A stretch of 31,061 nucleotides of DNA from Geobacteraceae bacterium (lineage in GTDB: Bacteria; Desulfobacterota; Desulfuromonadia; Geobacterales; Geobacteraceae). Position numbers and translations under genes: made by a program. Below the pieces are notes generated by a model that worked only from the letters and a program-made list of their open reading frames with translations, searched no databases and was not told the origin of the DNA. The stretch covers positions 1 to 31,061 of the forward strand of contig DATJLB010000066.1 of assembly GCA_035490915.1 (NCBI GenBank), given 5' to 3'. Positions 1-10,400 of this stretch are shown here, piece after piece. The number at the start of each line of letters is the position of its first letter. The first letter of the stretch is position 1.

Positions 1-1193
1 ATGGCCGCCACGTCTTCCTCCGCCATGGAGAAGAAGATGGCCCCCACGCTTCCCCCTTCCTCGACGAGGAGCCGGATCACCGCCTCCTCGGGGGCGCACC
101 CCCAGGCGGCGGCGACCCGGGCGACGGTCTCCCCCGACAACGCGCGGTTTCGCTCCGACCGGCAGTTCGCTACCATGATCCCGTCCGCCCCTTCCCGCGC
201 CGCCATCGCTTCGCCGATCTCGGCGAGAAGCCGCCCCCGCAGCTCCCGGTCGCGTAGACGATCAAGCAACTCCGAGGTCCCCCCCGCGTGTGCCCATGAC
301 GGGACGACTGCCGAGAGGGTGGTGGCGGAGGCGGCGTAGGGGTACTGGTCGGCGCCGACGTCCACCCATGCCGCGCGTGCCTCGGCGAGCCGTGCGAGCG
401 CCTCCTTGGCGCGCCCCTGCCTCTGTTTCCCCATCGCCTTCAGGTGGGAGACCTGGACCCGGGCGCCGCTCAGCCTCCCGATCGCGACAGCTTCGTCGAG
501 GGCCGTCATCAGGCCGTCCACCTCGCTGCGGATGTGGCTCGCATAGAGCGCTCCGTGGCGGGCGAGGACCCGCGCCAGCTCCACCAGCTCCGGCGTCTCT
601 GCGTAGCTCCCGGGGGGGTAGATGAGCCCGGTCGACATCCCCCATGCCCCCTGGCGGAGCGCCGTCGCCAGGAGATCCCGCATCTGCGCGAGTTCGGCCG
701 GGGTCGGTGCCCGGTCCTCCATCCCCATGGAGGCGATCCGGAGCGGGATGTGGCCGATGAGCGGCGCCAGGTTGAGGCAGAGGCCGTGGCCTTCGAGATG
801 GTCGGTGTACTGAGCGAGGTCGCGCCAGGGGAGCCCGCCGGCGGGGAGGGCGAAGTCGTGCAGGTGGAGAAAACCGGCCAGCTCCCGATCCTGGCCGGCC
901 TCCACCGGGAAGGCCCCGAGGCCGCAGTTGCCGACTACCTCCGTGGTCACCCCCTGGAAGAGCTTGCTTTCCGCACGGGGGTACCGGGAGACGGTCGTGT
1001 CCGTATGGCTGTGGATGTCGATGAATCCGGGCGCCAGGACAAGCCCGCCGGCATCAACCGTCGTGGCCGCCGCGGTGTCGATCTTCGCGCCGACCGCCGT
1101 GATCCGGCCGCCTGACACCGCCACGTCGGCCAGGCGGGGCGGTGTGCCGGAGCCGTCCACCAATGTGGCGCCGCGGAAGAGGTAAGAGTGCAT
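1..1193 (-). CDS. N-acyl-D-amino-acid deacylase (D-aminoacylase, amidohydrolase superfamily), 3' end outside window
   Basis: Not in the ORF track because its stop lies beyond base 1. Manual translation from ATG at 1193: MHSYLFRGATLVDGSGTPPRLADVAVSGGRI...PGFIDIHSHTD...QGVTTEVVGNCG...GMSTGLIYPPG...SHIRSE...SHLKA...DQYPY, the motif series of D-aminoacylases. Confidence 0.9.
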   Translation of the reverse strand, partial: MHSYLFRGATLVDGSGTPPRLADVAVSGGRITAVGAKIDTAAATTVDAGGLVLAPGFIDIHSHTDTTVSRYPRAESKLFQGVTTEVVGNCGLGAFPVEAGQDRELAGFLHLHDFALPAGGLPWRDLAQYTDHLEGHGLCLNLAPLIGHIPLRIASMGMEDRAPTPAELAQMRDLLATALRQGAWGMSTGLIYPPGSYAETPELVELARVLARHGALYASHIRSEVDGLMTALDEAVAIGRLSGARVQVSHLKAMGKQRQGRAKEALARLAEARAAWVDVGADQYPYAASATTLSAVVPSWAHAGGTSELLDRLRDRELRGRLLAEIGEAMAAREGADGIMVANCRSERNRALSGETVARVAAAWGCAPEEAVIRLLVEEGGSVGAIFFSMAEEDVAA

Positions 1194-1231
1194 GGAGGCC
1201 TCGAACGGGACATTGAGATGAGCACCCTTTG

Positions 1232-1321
1232 GTCATTGCGAGCGAAACGAAGCAATCTCGGGTTTATCATTCCTGCATGGCGTGAGATTGCTTCGTCGCA
1301 AAGAACGCTCCTCGCAATGAC
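1232..1321. repeat. 90-bp nested palindromic (REP/MITE-like) element
   Basis: GTCATTGCGAG (1232-1242) pairs perfectly with CTCGCAATGAC (1311-1321); CGAAGCAATCTC (1248-1259) pairs perfectly with GAGATTGCTTCG (1284-1295). Confidence 0.85.
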
Positions 1322-1343
1322 TTTTGAGAGGAATGCCTCCCGA

Positions 1344-1372
1344 ACAGTAAACCATGGGCGGGGAAATCTCAA
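1344..1372 (-). promoter_or_regulatory. Candidate sigma70 promoter for the D-aminoacylase gene
   Basis: Minus strand TTGAGA (1372-1367), 17-bp spacer, TACTGT (1349-1344). Confidence 0.45.
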
Positions 1373-1533
1373 ACAAAAAGTAGAGCGGGACTATGCGGAT
1401 ACGGAGAGGGAGAGTTCCTGCGGGGAAGAAGGAGGGGAAGCGGGTTCGGACCAGTTAATCGGACCTTCCATGGCTTTTTGTGGACCCAATATCTAAAGCC
1501 GGGGCGGTCTGATCGCAGAGAAGAGCCGCGTCG

Positions 1534-2595
1534 CTAGAAGCGCCGGCGCAGCGCCAGGTGGAGGGCAACATCAGGCGACGTGTTGACCGCGACGTCTTCG
1601 GAGACGCCGATGTCGAGGGAGGTTTTTTCGGAGAAGTGGAGGCTTCCGCCGACGATGAGCTGGAGAGCGGGATCCGCCAGCTCCCTGAGTTCGCTCCCAT
1701 TGAAGAAGGGGGTATGGCCCGAGAACTGGACCTTGAAATCGATCACCTCCGCCGGTGCCCAGCCGAGGCCGAGCGTGCCGAAACCGGCCAGGTTCCGCTG
1801 CTGGTCGCGCAGGACGTCGCCGTCGGTCATGGCCATTGCGCCGGCGGCGCCGAAGAGGGTCAGGTGCCCCAGGGCCGGCAGCCGGTAATCGTCGGACGCA
1901 GTGAGCCAGAGGGCGAAATCGGTACTGCCGCTTCCGCGCAGTTGGTCGCTATCCCCGGTGGGGAGCTTGATGCTCGCACGCAAGGCGATCTGGCGCGGGT
2001 TCGGCCGCTCGTCGTTGTAGAGCTGTACACCCCCCGACAGGCGGATATCCCCGATGCCGGAGCCGGAGTCGTTGAGCAGGAGCCGCGTCTGGCCGTTGTT
2101 GGTGTAGGCGTAGAGGAGCCGGTTGTGGGGGGCGTCCGGACGGCCCTCGTCGGGGAGGCCGAAGAAGCGGTGCCATCCCTCGATGAAATGGTCGAATACG
2201 CCGCCGCCGATCCCGATATAGGGGATGTCGATCCCCCCCTCGATTTTCTTGGTAATGCCGTAGCGGAGCGCGAGGTTGACCCGGTAGCTTTCCCCGTCGA
2301 GCAGGATGTTTTCGTTGTCGGTGGTGTCCCTGGCCCAGTTGTTCGCCACGTCGACGGCCAGGAGGCCGCTCCATTCTCCCTTGCCGAGGACGGCGGCGTT
2401 GTCCGGGGCGGGAAGGCCGAAGATCAGGGCGACCGGGCTCTGGTTCTGGGTGTAGAAGGGGGTTACGGGAGCGGCGTGAACGATGAGCGGAAACAGAAAC
2501 AGCGCGATGAGAACAAGGGCGAAGCGGCCGGGGCGTCCATGGCGACCGATGCGGCCGGGAGCGTGGCGATGCAGGTTGCGGTTGCGTGGTGGCAT
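1534..2595 (-). CDS. DUF3187-like exported protein, probable outer-membrane beta-barrel
   Basis: Signal-peptide-like segment (FALVLIALFLFPLIVHA-APV), alternating amphipathic strands, terminal Phe (LALRRRF). N-terminal TQNQSP...LIFGLP recalls DUF3187. Start uncertain (ATG 2595 chosen; track uses TTG 2613). Confidence 0.7.
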   Translation of the reverse strand: MPPRNRNLHRHAPGRIGRHGRPGRFALVLIALFLFPLIVHAAPVTPFYTQNQSPVALIFGLPAPDNAAVLGKGEWSGLLAVDVANNWARDTTDNENILLDGESYRVNLALRYGITKKIEGGIDIPYIGIGGGVFDHFIEGWHRFFGLPDEGRPDAPHNRLLYAYTNNGQTRLLLNDSGSGIGDIRLSGGVQLYNDERPNPRQIALRASIKLPTGDSDQLRGSGSTDFALWLTASDDYRLPALGHLTLFGAAGAMAMTDGDVLRDQQRNLAGFGTLGLGWAPAEVIDFKVQFSGHTPFFNGSELRELADPALQLIVGGSLHFSEKTSLDIGVSEDVAVNTSPDVALHLALRRRF

Positions 2596-2761
2596 GCAGG
2601 ACCGGAAGGACAAGCCAGCTTCCTTTCGCGGATTTCCGGCTGGCGGGAATCCCTGAGATGTGCAGTAAAATATACCAGGAAAAGGATTATTGCCAGAAAA
2701 AATGACAGCTCGGGAAAGAGGCCATCCGGGCCAACCCGCAGGAGGGCGCGCGATTATCTGC

Positions 2762-2790
2762 TTGAATTCGCCGACCGATCACGCGATAAT
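2762..2790 (+). promoter_or_regulatory. Candidate sigma70 promoter for PBP1A
   Basis: TTGAAT (2762-2767), 17 bp, GATAAT (2785-2790), about 40 nt upstream of the ATG. Confidence 0.45.
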
Positions 2791-2832
2791 AAGAAGTTAC
2801 GCAGCGTCAACCATGCAGCCCCGGAGTAACGA

Positions 2833-5343
2833 ATGCACCATTACCAGGGACAGCCTCCCCATCGAAGGATTAAGCGTCGACGGGATTACGCGGTCGGTCC
2901 GCTCGTGCGGACGACGGCCGTCTGTGCCGCCGTCGCCGCCGTGCTGGCGTTTGCAGCCTATTTTTTCTACCTCGTGGCGACCCTCCCAAAGGTGGACCGC
3001 CTCGCAGACTACAGGCCCCCCATCGTTTCCCAGGTCTTCGGTGAGGACGGGAGTCTGGTCGGGGAGTTTTACCTGGAGCGGCGGACGGTGGTACCGGTCG
3101 CCAAGATCCCGAAGAGGTTGATCCAGGCTTTCGTGGCGGCGGAGGACTCGAGCTTCTACCAGCACCGGGGGATCGACTACCTCGGGGTCGTCCGGGCGGC
3201 GGTCAAGAACCTCATCTCGCTCCGGAAGAAGGAGGGGGCGTCCACCATTACCCAGCAGGTGGCGAAATCGATGCTCCTCACCCCCGAGAAGAAGTTTTCC
3301 CGCAAGCTCAAGGAGGCGATCCTGGCAACCCGGATGGAGAAGGCGCTTTCCAAGGATGAGATCCTCTATATCTACCTGAACCAGATCTACCTCGGCGCAG
3401 GGTCCTACGGCGTCCAGCTGGCGGCGGAGACCTACTTCGCCAAGGACGTGGACCAGCTGAACCTTGCAGAAATGGCCATCCTGGCGGGGCTCCCGAAGGC
3501 CCCCAACAGCTATTCCCCGATCAAGCACCTGGACAAGGCGAAGGAGCGGCAGGCGTATGTGCTGGAAAGGATGGTGAAGGAGGGGTACATCACCCAGTCC
3601 GAGGCGGACCACGCCAGGAGCCTCCCGATCCTCGTCCATTCCCGGAAGAAGGTGAACGGCGACCAGTCCGCCTATTTCCTGGAGCAGGTGCGCATCCAGC
3701 TCGAGGACAAGTACGGCGAGGACATGCTGTACAAGGGGGGGATGAAGATCTACACCACCATGAACGCCGAGATGCAGAAGGCCGCCTACGAAGGGGTGGT
3801 GACCGGCCTCAAGGCCCTCGACAAGCGGCAGGGGTTCCGCGGCCCCCTCCAGTACCTGGCGAAGGAGAAGGTGGACGAGTTCTGCAAGAAGGGAGAGGAG
3901 GGAGTCGATACCGCAGCGCTCAGGCAGGGGGGGACCTACCAGGGGGTCGTGACGGCGATCGATCCCGTCAAGGGGGATCTGACGGTGCGGGTCGGGGACA
4001 GGACCGGGACGCTCGGCCGGAAGAACATGGCGTGGGCCGGCAAGGTCAACCTGGTGGAGACCTACGGCAAGCCGGAGGGGGTGAAGGGACGGACGATCGC
4101 CCTCGGCTCGGTCATTGAGGTGTCAGTCGTGACCCCCGATGTCAACAAGGCGGGGGCGGTGTTCGCGCTCGACCAGGAGCCGGAGGCCCAGGCGGCGCTC
4201 TTTGCCATGGACCCGAAAAACGGCGCCGTACGGGCGATGGTGGGGGGGTACGACTTCAAGAAGAGCCAGTTCAACCGGGCGATGCAGGCGCGGCGGAACC
4301 CGGGGTCGGCCTTCAAGCCGATCATCTACGCCGCCGCCATCGACAAGGGGATGACCCCGGCCTCCATCATCGACGACTCTCCCGTGGAGTACGACAGCGG
4401 GGGGGAGAAGTCCTGGAAGCCGAAGAACTACGACAACATCTACCGGGGCCCCGTCACCATGAGGGGGGCGCTGACGAACTCCATCAACGTGGTGAGCGTC
4501 AAGATCCTGGAGCGGATCGGGGTGGGGTACGCCATCGAGTATGCGAAGAAGCTCGGGATCACGGCGTCGCTCGCCAACAACCTCACCCTGGCTCTCGGCT
4601 CCTCCAGCCTCACCCCGATGGAGCTGACCAGCGCCTATGCGGTCTTCGCCTCGGGGGGGTACAAGGTCACCCCGTATTTCGTCACCAAGGTGGTGGACGG
4701 CGACGGAAAGGTCCTGGAGGAGATCACCCCTCCCGCGATACCAACCTTCGCCCAAGCGAGCTCCGTCGCGAAGAAGGCCGCGGAAACCGCGGAGAGGAAC
4801 GCCGAGGAGGCCGCCGGGAAGCAGCCCGCGGCGACCGCCGGCAAGGGGGGGGAGGGGAGCCCGGGCTCGCCGCTCACCCTCGTCCAGGTGATCTCCGCCG
4901 AGACGTCGTACGTGATGACCAACCTGATGGAGAGCGTCGTGGCCAGCGGCACCGGCCAGCGGGCAAAGGCGCTGGGGCGCCCCGTGGCGGGCAAGACCGG
5001 GACCACGAACGACATGAAGGACGCCTGGTTTGTCGGCTACGTGCCGCAGCTGGTGGCTGGGGTGTGGGTCGGCTACGATCAGGAAAAATCGCTCGGGTCG
5101 GGCGGCTCGGGGGGGCAGGCCGCCGCTCCGATCTGGACCGACTTCATGCAGCGATCCCTCGCGGGGATGCCGGTCCAAGGGTTCACCCCGCCGCCGAACG
5201 TCACCTTTGCCCAGATAAATCCCCACACCGGCCGCCTGGTGCGCGACGGGAGCGAGGGGAGCGTCACGGAATGCTTTGTCAGCGGGACGGAACCGACGAG
5301 CTACGATGGCGACCCTGCAAAGGGTGGGAGCGGTGAGCCGTAA
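2833..5343 (+). CDS. mrcA: Penicillin-binding protein 1A (bifunctional transglycosylase/transpeptidase)
   Basis: N-terminal TM anchor; GT51 motifs EDSSFYQHRGID, GASTITQQVAK, RKLKE; transpeptidase motifs SAFK, SIN, KTG. Confidence 0.96.
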   Translation: MHHYQGQPPHRRIKRRRDYAVGPLVRTTAVCAAVAAVLAFAAYFFYLVATLPKVDRLADYRPPIVSQVFGEDGSLVGEFYLERRTVVPVAKIPKRLIQAFVAAEDSSFYQHRGIDYLGVVRAAVKNLISLRKKEGASTITQQVAKSMLLTPEKKFSRKLKEAILATRMEKALSKDEILYIYLNQIYLGAGSYGVQLAAETYFAKDVDQLNLAEMAILAGLPKAPNSYSPIKHLDKAKERQAYVLERMVKEGYITQSEADHARSLPILVHSRKKVNGDQSAYFLEQVRIQLEDKYGEDMLYKGGMKIYTTMNAEMQKAAYEGVVTGLKALDKRQGFRGPLQYLAKEKVDEFCKKGEEGVDTAALRQGGTYQGVVTAIDPVKGDLTVRVGDRTGTLGRKNMAWAGKVNLVETYGKPEGVKGRTIALGSVIEVSVVTPDVNKAGAVFALDQEPEAQAALFAMDPKNGAVRAMVGGYDFKKSQFNRAMQARRNPGSAFKPIIYAAAIDKGMTPASIIDDSPVEYDSGGEKSWKPKNYDNIYRGPVTMRGALTNSINVVSVKILERIGVGYAIEYAKKLGITASLANNLTLALGSSSLTPMELTSAYAVFASGGYKVTPYFVTKVVDGDGKVLEEITPPAIPTFAQASSVAKKAAETAERNAEEAAGKQPAATAGKGGEGSPGSPLTLVQVISAETSYVMTNLMESVVASGTGQRAKALGRPVAGKTGTTNDMKDAWFVGYVPQLVAGVWVGYDQEKSLGSGGSGGQAAAPIWTDFMQRSLAGMPVQGFTPPPNVTFAQINPHTGRLVRDGSEGSVTECFVSGTEPTSYDGDPAKGGSGEP

Positions 5344-5521
5344 CAGGCGTGCGTTAACTGAACTCCGGCGTTGCCGACGGGTTTCGCAGTTTTTCCGTTT
5401 TCCCTTGGGGGATAACGTGTTTTGCCGCATGGAAAGCCACTCTTCGCGTGGAAGCGCAGCGGGCTTCGATGGCGGAATGAACTCTGCCTTGAAAAAAATG
5501 AAAAAAAATTACAATAATCCC

Positions 5522-5549
5522 TTGCAAACTGTAAATTTGTGGATATAGT
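5522..5549 (+). promoter_or_regulatory. Candidate sigma70 promoter with A-tract UP element for HU
   Basis: TTGCAA (5522-5527), 16 bp, TATAGT (5544-5549); A-tracts at about 5492-5515; SD AAGGAGG before ATG 5584. Confidence 0.5.
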
Positions 5550-5583
5550 ATACCTGCACTTTCACAAAAAAGGAGGGTTTACC

Positions 5584-5865
5584 ATGACCAAAGCAGAACT
5601 CGTCGAAGCAGTAGCGAAGTCTGCCAGTCTTACCAAGGCGGCGGCAGAGAAGGCGGTAGGGGCGTTCATCACCACTGTAACCGGCGCTCTTAAAAAAGGT
5701 GATCGGGTAACCCTGGTCGGCTTCGGTAGCTTCGAAGTTGCCAGCCGCAAGGCCCGCACCGGCAGAAACCCGCAGACCGGCAAAGAGATCAAGATTGCCG
5801 CTGCCAAGGTTCCTAAATTCCGCCCCGGCAAGGCCCTCAAGGACGCGGTAGCCAAGAAGAAGTAA
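5584..5865 (+). CDS. hup: DNA-binding protein HU (93 aa)
   Basis: [11 protein letters not shown]...[46 protein letters not shown], the HU/IHF signature; strong SD. Confidence 0.97.
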   Translation: MTKAELVEAVAKSASLTKAAAEKAVGAFITTVTGALKKGDRVTLVGFGSFEVASRKARTGRNPQTGKEIKIAAAKVPKFRPGKALKDAVAKKK

Positions 5866-5888
5866 TTCGATTTTGTGAGTTATGTAAG

Positions 5889-5916
5889 AAAAGCCCGGCT
5901 TTGCCGGGCTTTTTTT
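5889..5916. terminator. Bidirectional rho-independent terminator between hup and the DUF4403-like gene
   Basis: AAAAGCCCGGC-TTT-GCCGGGCTTTTTTT between convergent stops at 5865 and 5940. Confidence 0.85.
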
Positions 5917-5939
5917 GTTTCGGGCGTGCGAGTTCTTTC

Positions 5940-7301
5940 CTACTGAAAAAAGATGGCGGTCTCCCCTTCGGCATACACCTGGAGAGAGATCTTATCCTTT
6001 TGCACCAGGATGTCGCCGAACTTAAGGGCGTTCACCTTCCCTTTCATGACCAGGTGGTCCGCCAGTTTCACCTGGGCCGCTGCTTTCCGGACTATCTCGC
6101 GGGACTGCTCCACCCTTTCCGTCAGGTCCATGTTGAGCCGGTCCTGAATTATCCCCCGGATGGTGCCGTGCAGAAACCAGTTGGCCGACTGCAGCAAGAG
6201 GCTCCGGGTCTGCAGGTCGAAGTCCAGGTCTTCCACGAAGAACCGGTCGGTTTTCGGATCGAACCGGGGGCGGCATGTCAGGTAGAAGACCCCGTCGAGC
6301 GAGCCGGTCGTCTGCACCTTCACGACGAGTCGGTCGCCGTTGCCGTAGACGTCGAGGTCCTTCAGGATGATCTTTTTCCCGTCGGCATCGGCGAATTCCC
6401 TGTTGAGCAAAAGCGGAGTGGCTATGGCTAGGATATCCCGGTAGTGAAGGTCGGTGTTCAGGGTGATCCGGAAATTTTTGTCGATGCCGTTCGCCAGTTT
6501 CAGGTTGGGGAGGGGGACCGGCGGGCGAGGCGCCGGCTCCGGGCCGACCACGAGCTCAGAGAAGGATGTGAGCCCGACGCTTATTCTGACCCGGTTGTTC
6601 TGGGCGTACAGCGGGCAGAGTACGGCCTCCCGGGGAGTCAGAGTCAGCCAGGCGTTATAGGTCTTGTCGAGCAGGACCGGTTTCTGGGCGGCCGTCCAGA
6701 CCTTGGCGATTTCGGCCTTCACCGGAAATTTCTCGTTGACGACCTTGCTGGCGGCATCGGAAAGCGCCTTCTGCACCGGCTGGGTGATCCCCTCGACGAT
6801 GCCCCGTGGCTTGATGGAGATCGGGCCGATCCTGGTTTCATCGGCAAGCAGGTCGCTGAGCCCCATGTAGTAAATCTCGACGTTCAGTTTCCAGTCGGTG
6901 CTGACCTTTGCGTTCAGCCTGAACTTCAGCTTGAAGGAGATGGCCGGAGTTTCGAGCATCCCGTACCCGAGTGTCATGGCGATCGGCACGGTCAGATACA
7001 GGTAGTTGTCGGCGGCGCTCAGGGTCATCGGCCCGTTTCGCAGGACATCCGCAGTCAAACCCCGGTATTTGGCGGACCCTTTGTAAATCTCGGTGCCGAC
7101 CGTCTGGTTCAGGACCTTGGCGAGATCCTCCGTTGATGCCTCGATCGGGACGTTGATCGTAGAGATCTCCCGTTTTATCTCCGTCCGGAAGGCTTCGTCC
7201 CGCGGCCGTTCAGCAGTCAGCGGTTTGACCCCCGCACAGGAGCACAATGCCAGCGTGAGAGCCGCCATCCCTGCGAGCGCCCCTAGTCTTCCTAATACCA
7301 T
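5940..7301 (-). CDS. DUF4403-like lipoprotein
   Basis: ATG 7301 has GAGGT 9 nt upstream; signal peptide ending in lipobox-like LALCSC-AG; beta-rich body resembling DUF4403 as recalled. Confidence 0.7.
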   Translation of the reverse strand: MVLGRLGALAGMAALTLALCSCAGVKPLTAERPRDEAFRTEIKREISTINVPIEASTEDLAKVLNQTVGTEIYKGSAKYRGLTADVLRNGPMTLSAADNYLYLTVPIAMTLGYGMLETPAISFKLKFRLNAKVSTDWKLNVEIYYMGLSDLLADETRIGPISIKPRGIVEGITQPVQKALSDAASKVVNEKFPVKAEIAKVWTAAQKPVLLDKTYNAWLTLTPREAVLCPLYAQNNRVRISVGLTSFSELVVGPEPAPRPPVPLPNLKLANGIDKNFRITLNTDLHYRDILAIATPLLLNREFADADGKKIILKDLDVYGNGDRLVVKVQTTGSLDGVFYLTCRPRFDPKTDRFFVEDLDFDLQTRSLLLQSANWFLHGTIRGIIQDRLNMDLTERVEQSREIVRKAAAQVKLADHLVMKGKVNALKFGDILVQKDKISLQVYAEGETAIFFQ

Positions 7302-7488
7302 GATTTGATTACCTCGTTGTCCGTTATAAGCCACTTAAAAGGGCCCACCTGCCGGCGCCAAGTTACCCGTTCAGGGGGGGCCGTGTCAATGCAAATTCCG
7401 GAAGAAGGGGGTGGCGGGGCACGGGTAAACACTCCGCAGTATTGCCAAATGCAGCGATAGAGGGTAAAGTCAGGGAGAGGGGGGGACC

Positions 7489-10400
7489 ATGGCGAAAACG
7501 GCAGGGACGCCAATCAAGCCGAAGCGCGCGCTGGCACGAGTCGTTGCCGCGTCCTGCGCCGTCGTGTTCCTTCTCCTCCTCGGCGTCGTCCTGCTGGCGC
7601 CGATCTCTCTCCGCATCCCCGCCGCAGCGCACGGCGTTTCCCGCCGCCTCACCGACTATCTCCACTATCCGGTGAGCGTGGCCGGGCTTTCCCTCACCGG
7701 GGGCACCATCTCCATAAACGGCCTGACGATAGGGAATCCCGCGGGGTTCACGGGGGAGGCGCTTGTTTCCTGCCGATCGATTGCCGTCACCCCCGATTGG
7801 CTGGGGTTTCTGAGGGGGAGGAAAAGCTTTGCGGAGATAACGGTTCAGGGGGGGAGGATCGGCATCGGCAGGAACGGGCGGGGTGAGTGGAACTTTCACG
7901 AACTGGTCCGCCGCCTCTCCGAAAAAAAAGGGGGGGGAGAAACGCTGATCCGGCGGCTCTCGATCAGCGATACCTCGCTGGCGGTGGAGGGGGTGCGGCT
8001 CGACCATCTGGCGCTGACCGTCCGGGACCTTTCCACCAAGGGGACGACCGATTCCCGCTTTCTCCTTTCCTGGAAGGACGCCGGCGGCAGCCCGTTTCGC
8101 ATAGAGGGGAGCGCCCGCCTCGGCGCCGTACCTTCTGTGGAGGCGGCACTCACCGCCCCCTCCTTTTCGCTGCAAACCCTTGCCGGGAGTCTCGGCCCGA
8201 AGACGGGGCCTCTTCTCGCGAACGGCACGGGGGCTCTCGACGTGACCCTGAAGCTGCAGGGGGGAAGCGCGGCGGTTACGGGAAAACTCGGGGTGGCGGG
8301 TCTTGCCCTGGAAGCAAAGGACGGACGGATACCCCTCCGGGGAGAACTGGCGTGTGCTGCACGGTACGACGCAGCCAGGGACGAGGCGACGCTCGATACC
8401 TGTACCGTCAGCCTTGACCACGTCGTCCGGCTGCGCGCCTCCGGGACCGTGAGCGAGGTGAGGAAGGGGCGGAGGTTTGCCGCGCGGATTTCCTGCGACT
8501 CCGTCGACCTGAAGGCGTTGTCTGCGCTACTGCCGCCGGGGCTTCGCCGGGACCTGGCCGTGGGTGGGACGCTGAGCGCCACGGAGCTACGGTTCGCCGG
8601 AGACTCCCTCCACGGTATCACCGCGGGGGGAGGGACGTTTTTCCTGCGCAGGGGGACGGTTGCCCGGGGTGAAAAGCCCATGGTGAGCGGCCTCGCTGCC
8701 GATGCGTCACTGGCCAGGGTGAAGGAAGGGTGGGAGTTGAAGGGGCGGCTCAGGCAGGAAGGCGAAAGCGAGGGGGTGTTGCAGGAGCTCTCCGCTCCCT
8801 TTACCGTCGCCCTGTCCAGTCGCCTGATCCCTAAGCGTGCCGAGCTGCCGTCGGTCGCCGCCACGGTTTACGGGATTCCCGCGGAGGGGACTCTCGACTA
8901 CCGCCCCGGCGGCCTCAGCTTCCGGCTTGACGCCCGGAAGGTGCCGCTTTCCCGGCTGAGCCGCGCCCTCCCGGGCAAAGGGGTGGCATTTTCCGCCGGC
9001 ACGGCGACCCTCTCTCTCCGGGGATCGGGTAGCAGCCTGCGGGAGGTGACGGGAAAGCTGACGGCCGAAATCGCCGACCTGAAGGGGAGCGCCGCCGGCA
9101 GGAATTTTGCCGTCAAAGGGGGGGCGACCGAGGCGGTCATCACCCGCAGCAGCGGCACGCTTGGCGTTGTGGGCAGGATCAGGTGGAACGGCGGTCTTCT
9201 CGACGGTAAAAGGATGGACGGCGCATGCTCGTACGGGGTGCGGGACGGGGAGTTTTCCGTCACGGACGGCGTCTTTACCTTGGACAGGACGGAGCTGCAC
9301 GTCACCAGCGTCGGTGGGCTGCTGCCGATACCGGCTCGTGCCGGCGAAACCACCCGCCTTCCCGTCCATCTTGCGTTCAGCGGTATCGGAGTGCGAACCC
9401 CTCTTGCCAGCCTGGATGGCCTTTCCGGCAAGGCGGCGGCCGACTATGTCACGACGCCGGGGAAGCGCTGGCTGGAGGGGAGCGGCGCAGTCGCCGTCGG
9501 AAGGCTGAGCTGGAAAGGGACGGAGGTCGGCGCTCTCGACGGAGGGGTGAAGTTCACCGCCGCCGGTGCCGCCGCCGACATCCGGGGAAAGCTTTTCGAT
9601 GGCCGCCTGACGGGGTCAGTGAGCGTCGGCCTCTTCGACCGGGAGAGGAAAACCGGCTTCAGCCTGAAACTGGAACAGGCCCGCTGTGCGGCCCTTGCGG
9701 CGTTCACCCCCGGTACGTCTCCGGTGCGGGGAACGGGTGGAGTCCTCGATGTTCGGCTGACGGGCGGCTACGACCGCACCGCAGGCCTTAGCTTCCGCCT
9801 GGAGGGGGACGGTACGGGGATTGCCCTGGCCGGCAAGGATGGCAAAACCGTGCTGGCGAATGGCGGAGTGCGGACGGTCTGCGACCTGGCGGGCGGGACG
9901 CTGGTCATCCGGGAGGGGGTCGTCACCGTCGGGAGCGCGGTCACCTTGAAGGGAGAGGGGAAGGTGGCGAGCCTCCTGTCGCCCGACCGGGAGGGGGACA
10001 TCTCCCTCGCTTTTGTCACGACCCCCCTGAAGGCCCTTACTACCACGTTTGCCGAGGTTCTCCCGACGGGGCTTCGGGAAGCTTCCGCTTCCGGGAGCGT
10101 GTCGGCGATCGGCAGGGTCCGGATGGCGCACCGAGACGCACTGCTGGAAGGGACGGTGTCGCTGTACAACGGCGGACTGGAGATCACCTCCCAAAAGTTC
10201 AGCATGGACGGGATGACGGGGACGCTCCCCTTTTCCCTCGACCTGACCGGCACTGCCGCGGGGAGGCCGGAGCGAAGGACATACAGCCGGGACACCTATC
10301 CCGCCGCCCTTGCAGCCCTCCGGCAGGCGGCCGCAACCGGGCATAACGTCACGATCGGCAGGGTCCGGCTGGGGGGGATGGAGTTCGGAAAAACCACCCT

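Noticed and set aside
1558-2829. 423-aa plus-strand ORF
   Set aside because: Antisense shadow of the DUF3187-like gene; no recognisable motifs; stop-poor frames are expected at high GC.
4123-5430. 435-aa minus-strand ORF
   Set aside because: Antisense to mrcA; Arg/Gly/Pro-rich composition typical of shadow ORFs.
5538-5546. DnaA-box-like TGTGGATAT in the hup promoter
   Set aside because: Single 8/9 match; several such matches are expected by chance in 31 kb; no cluster.
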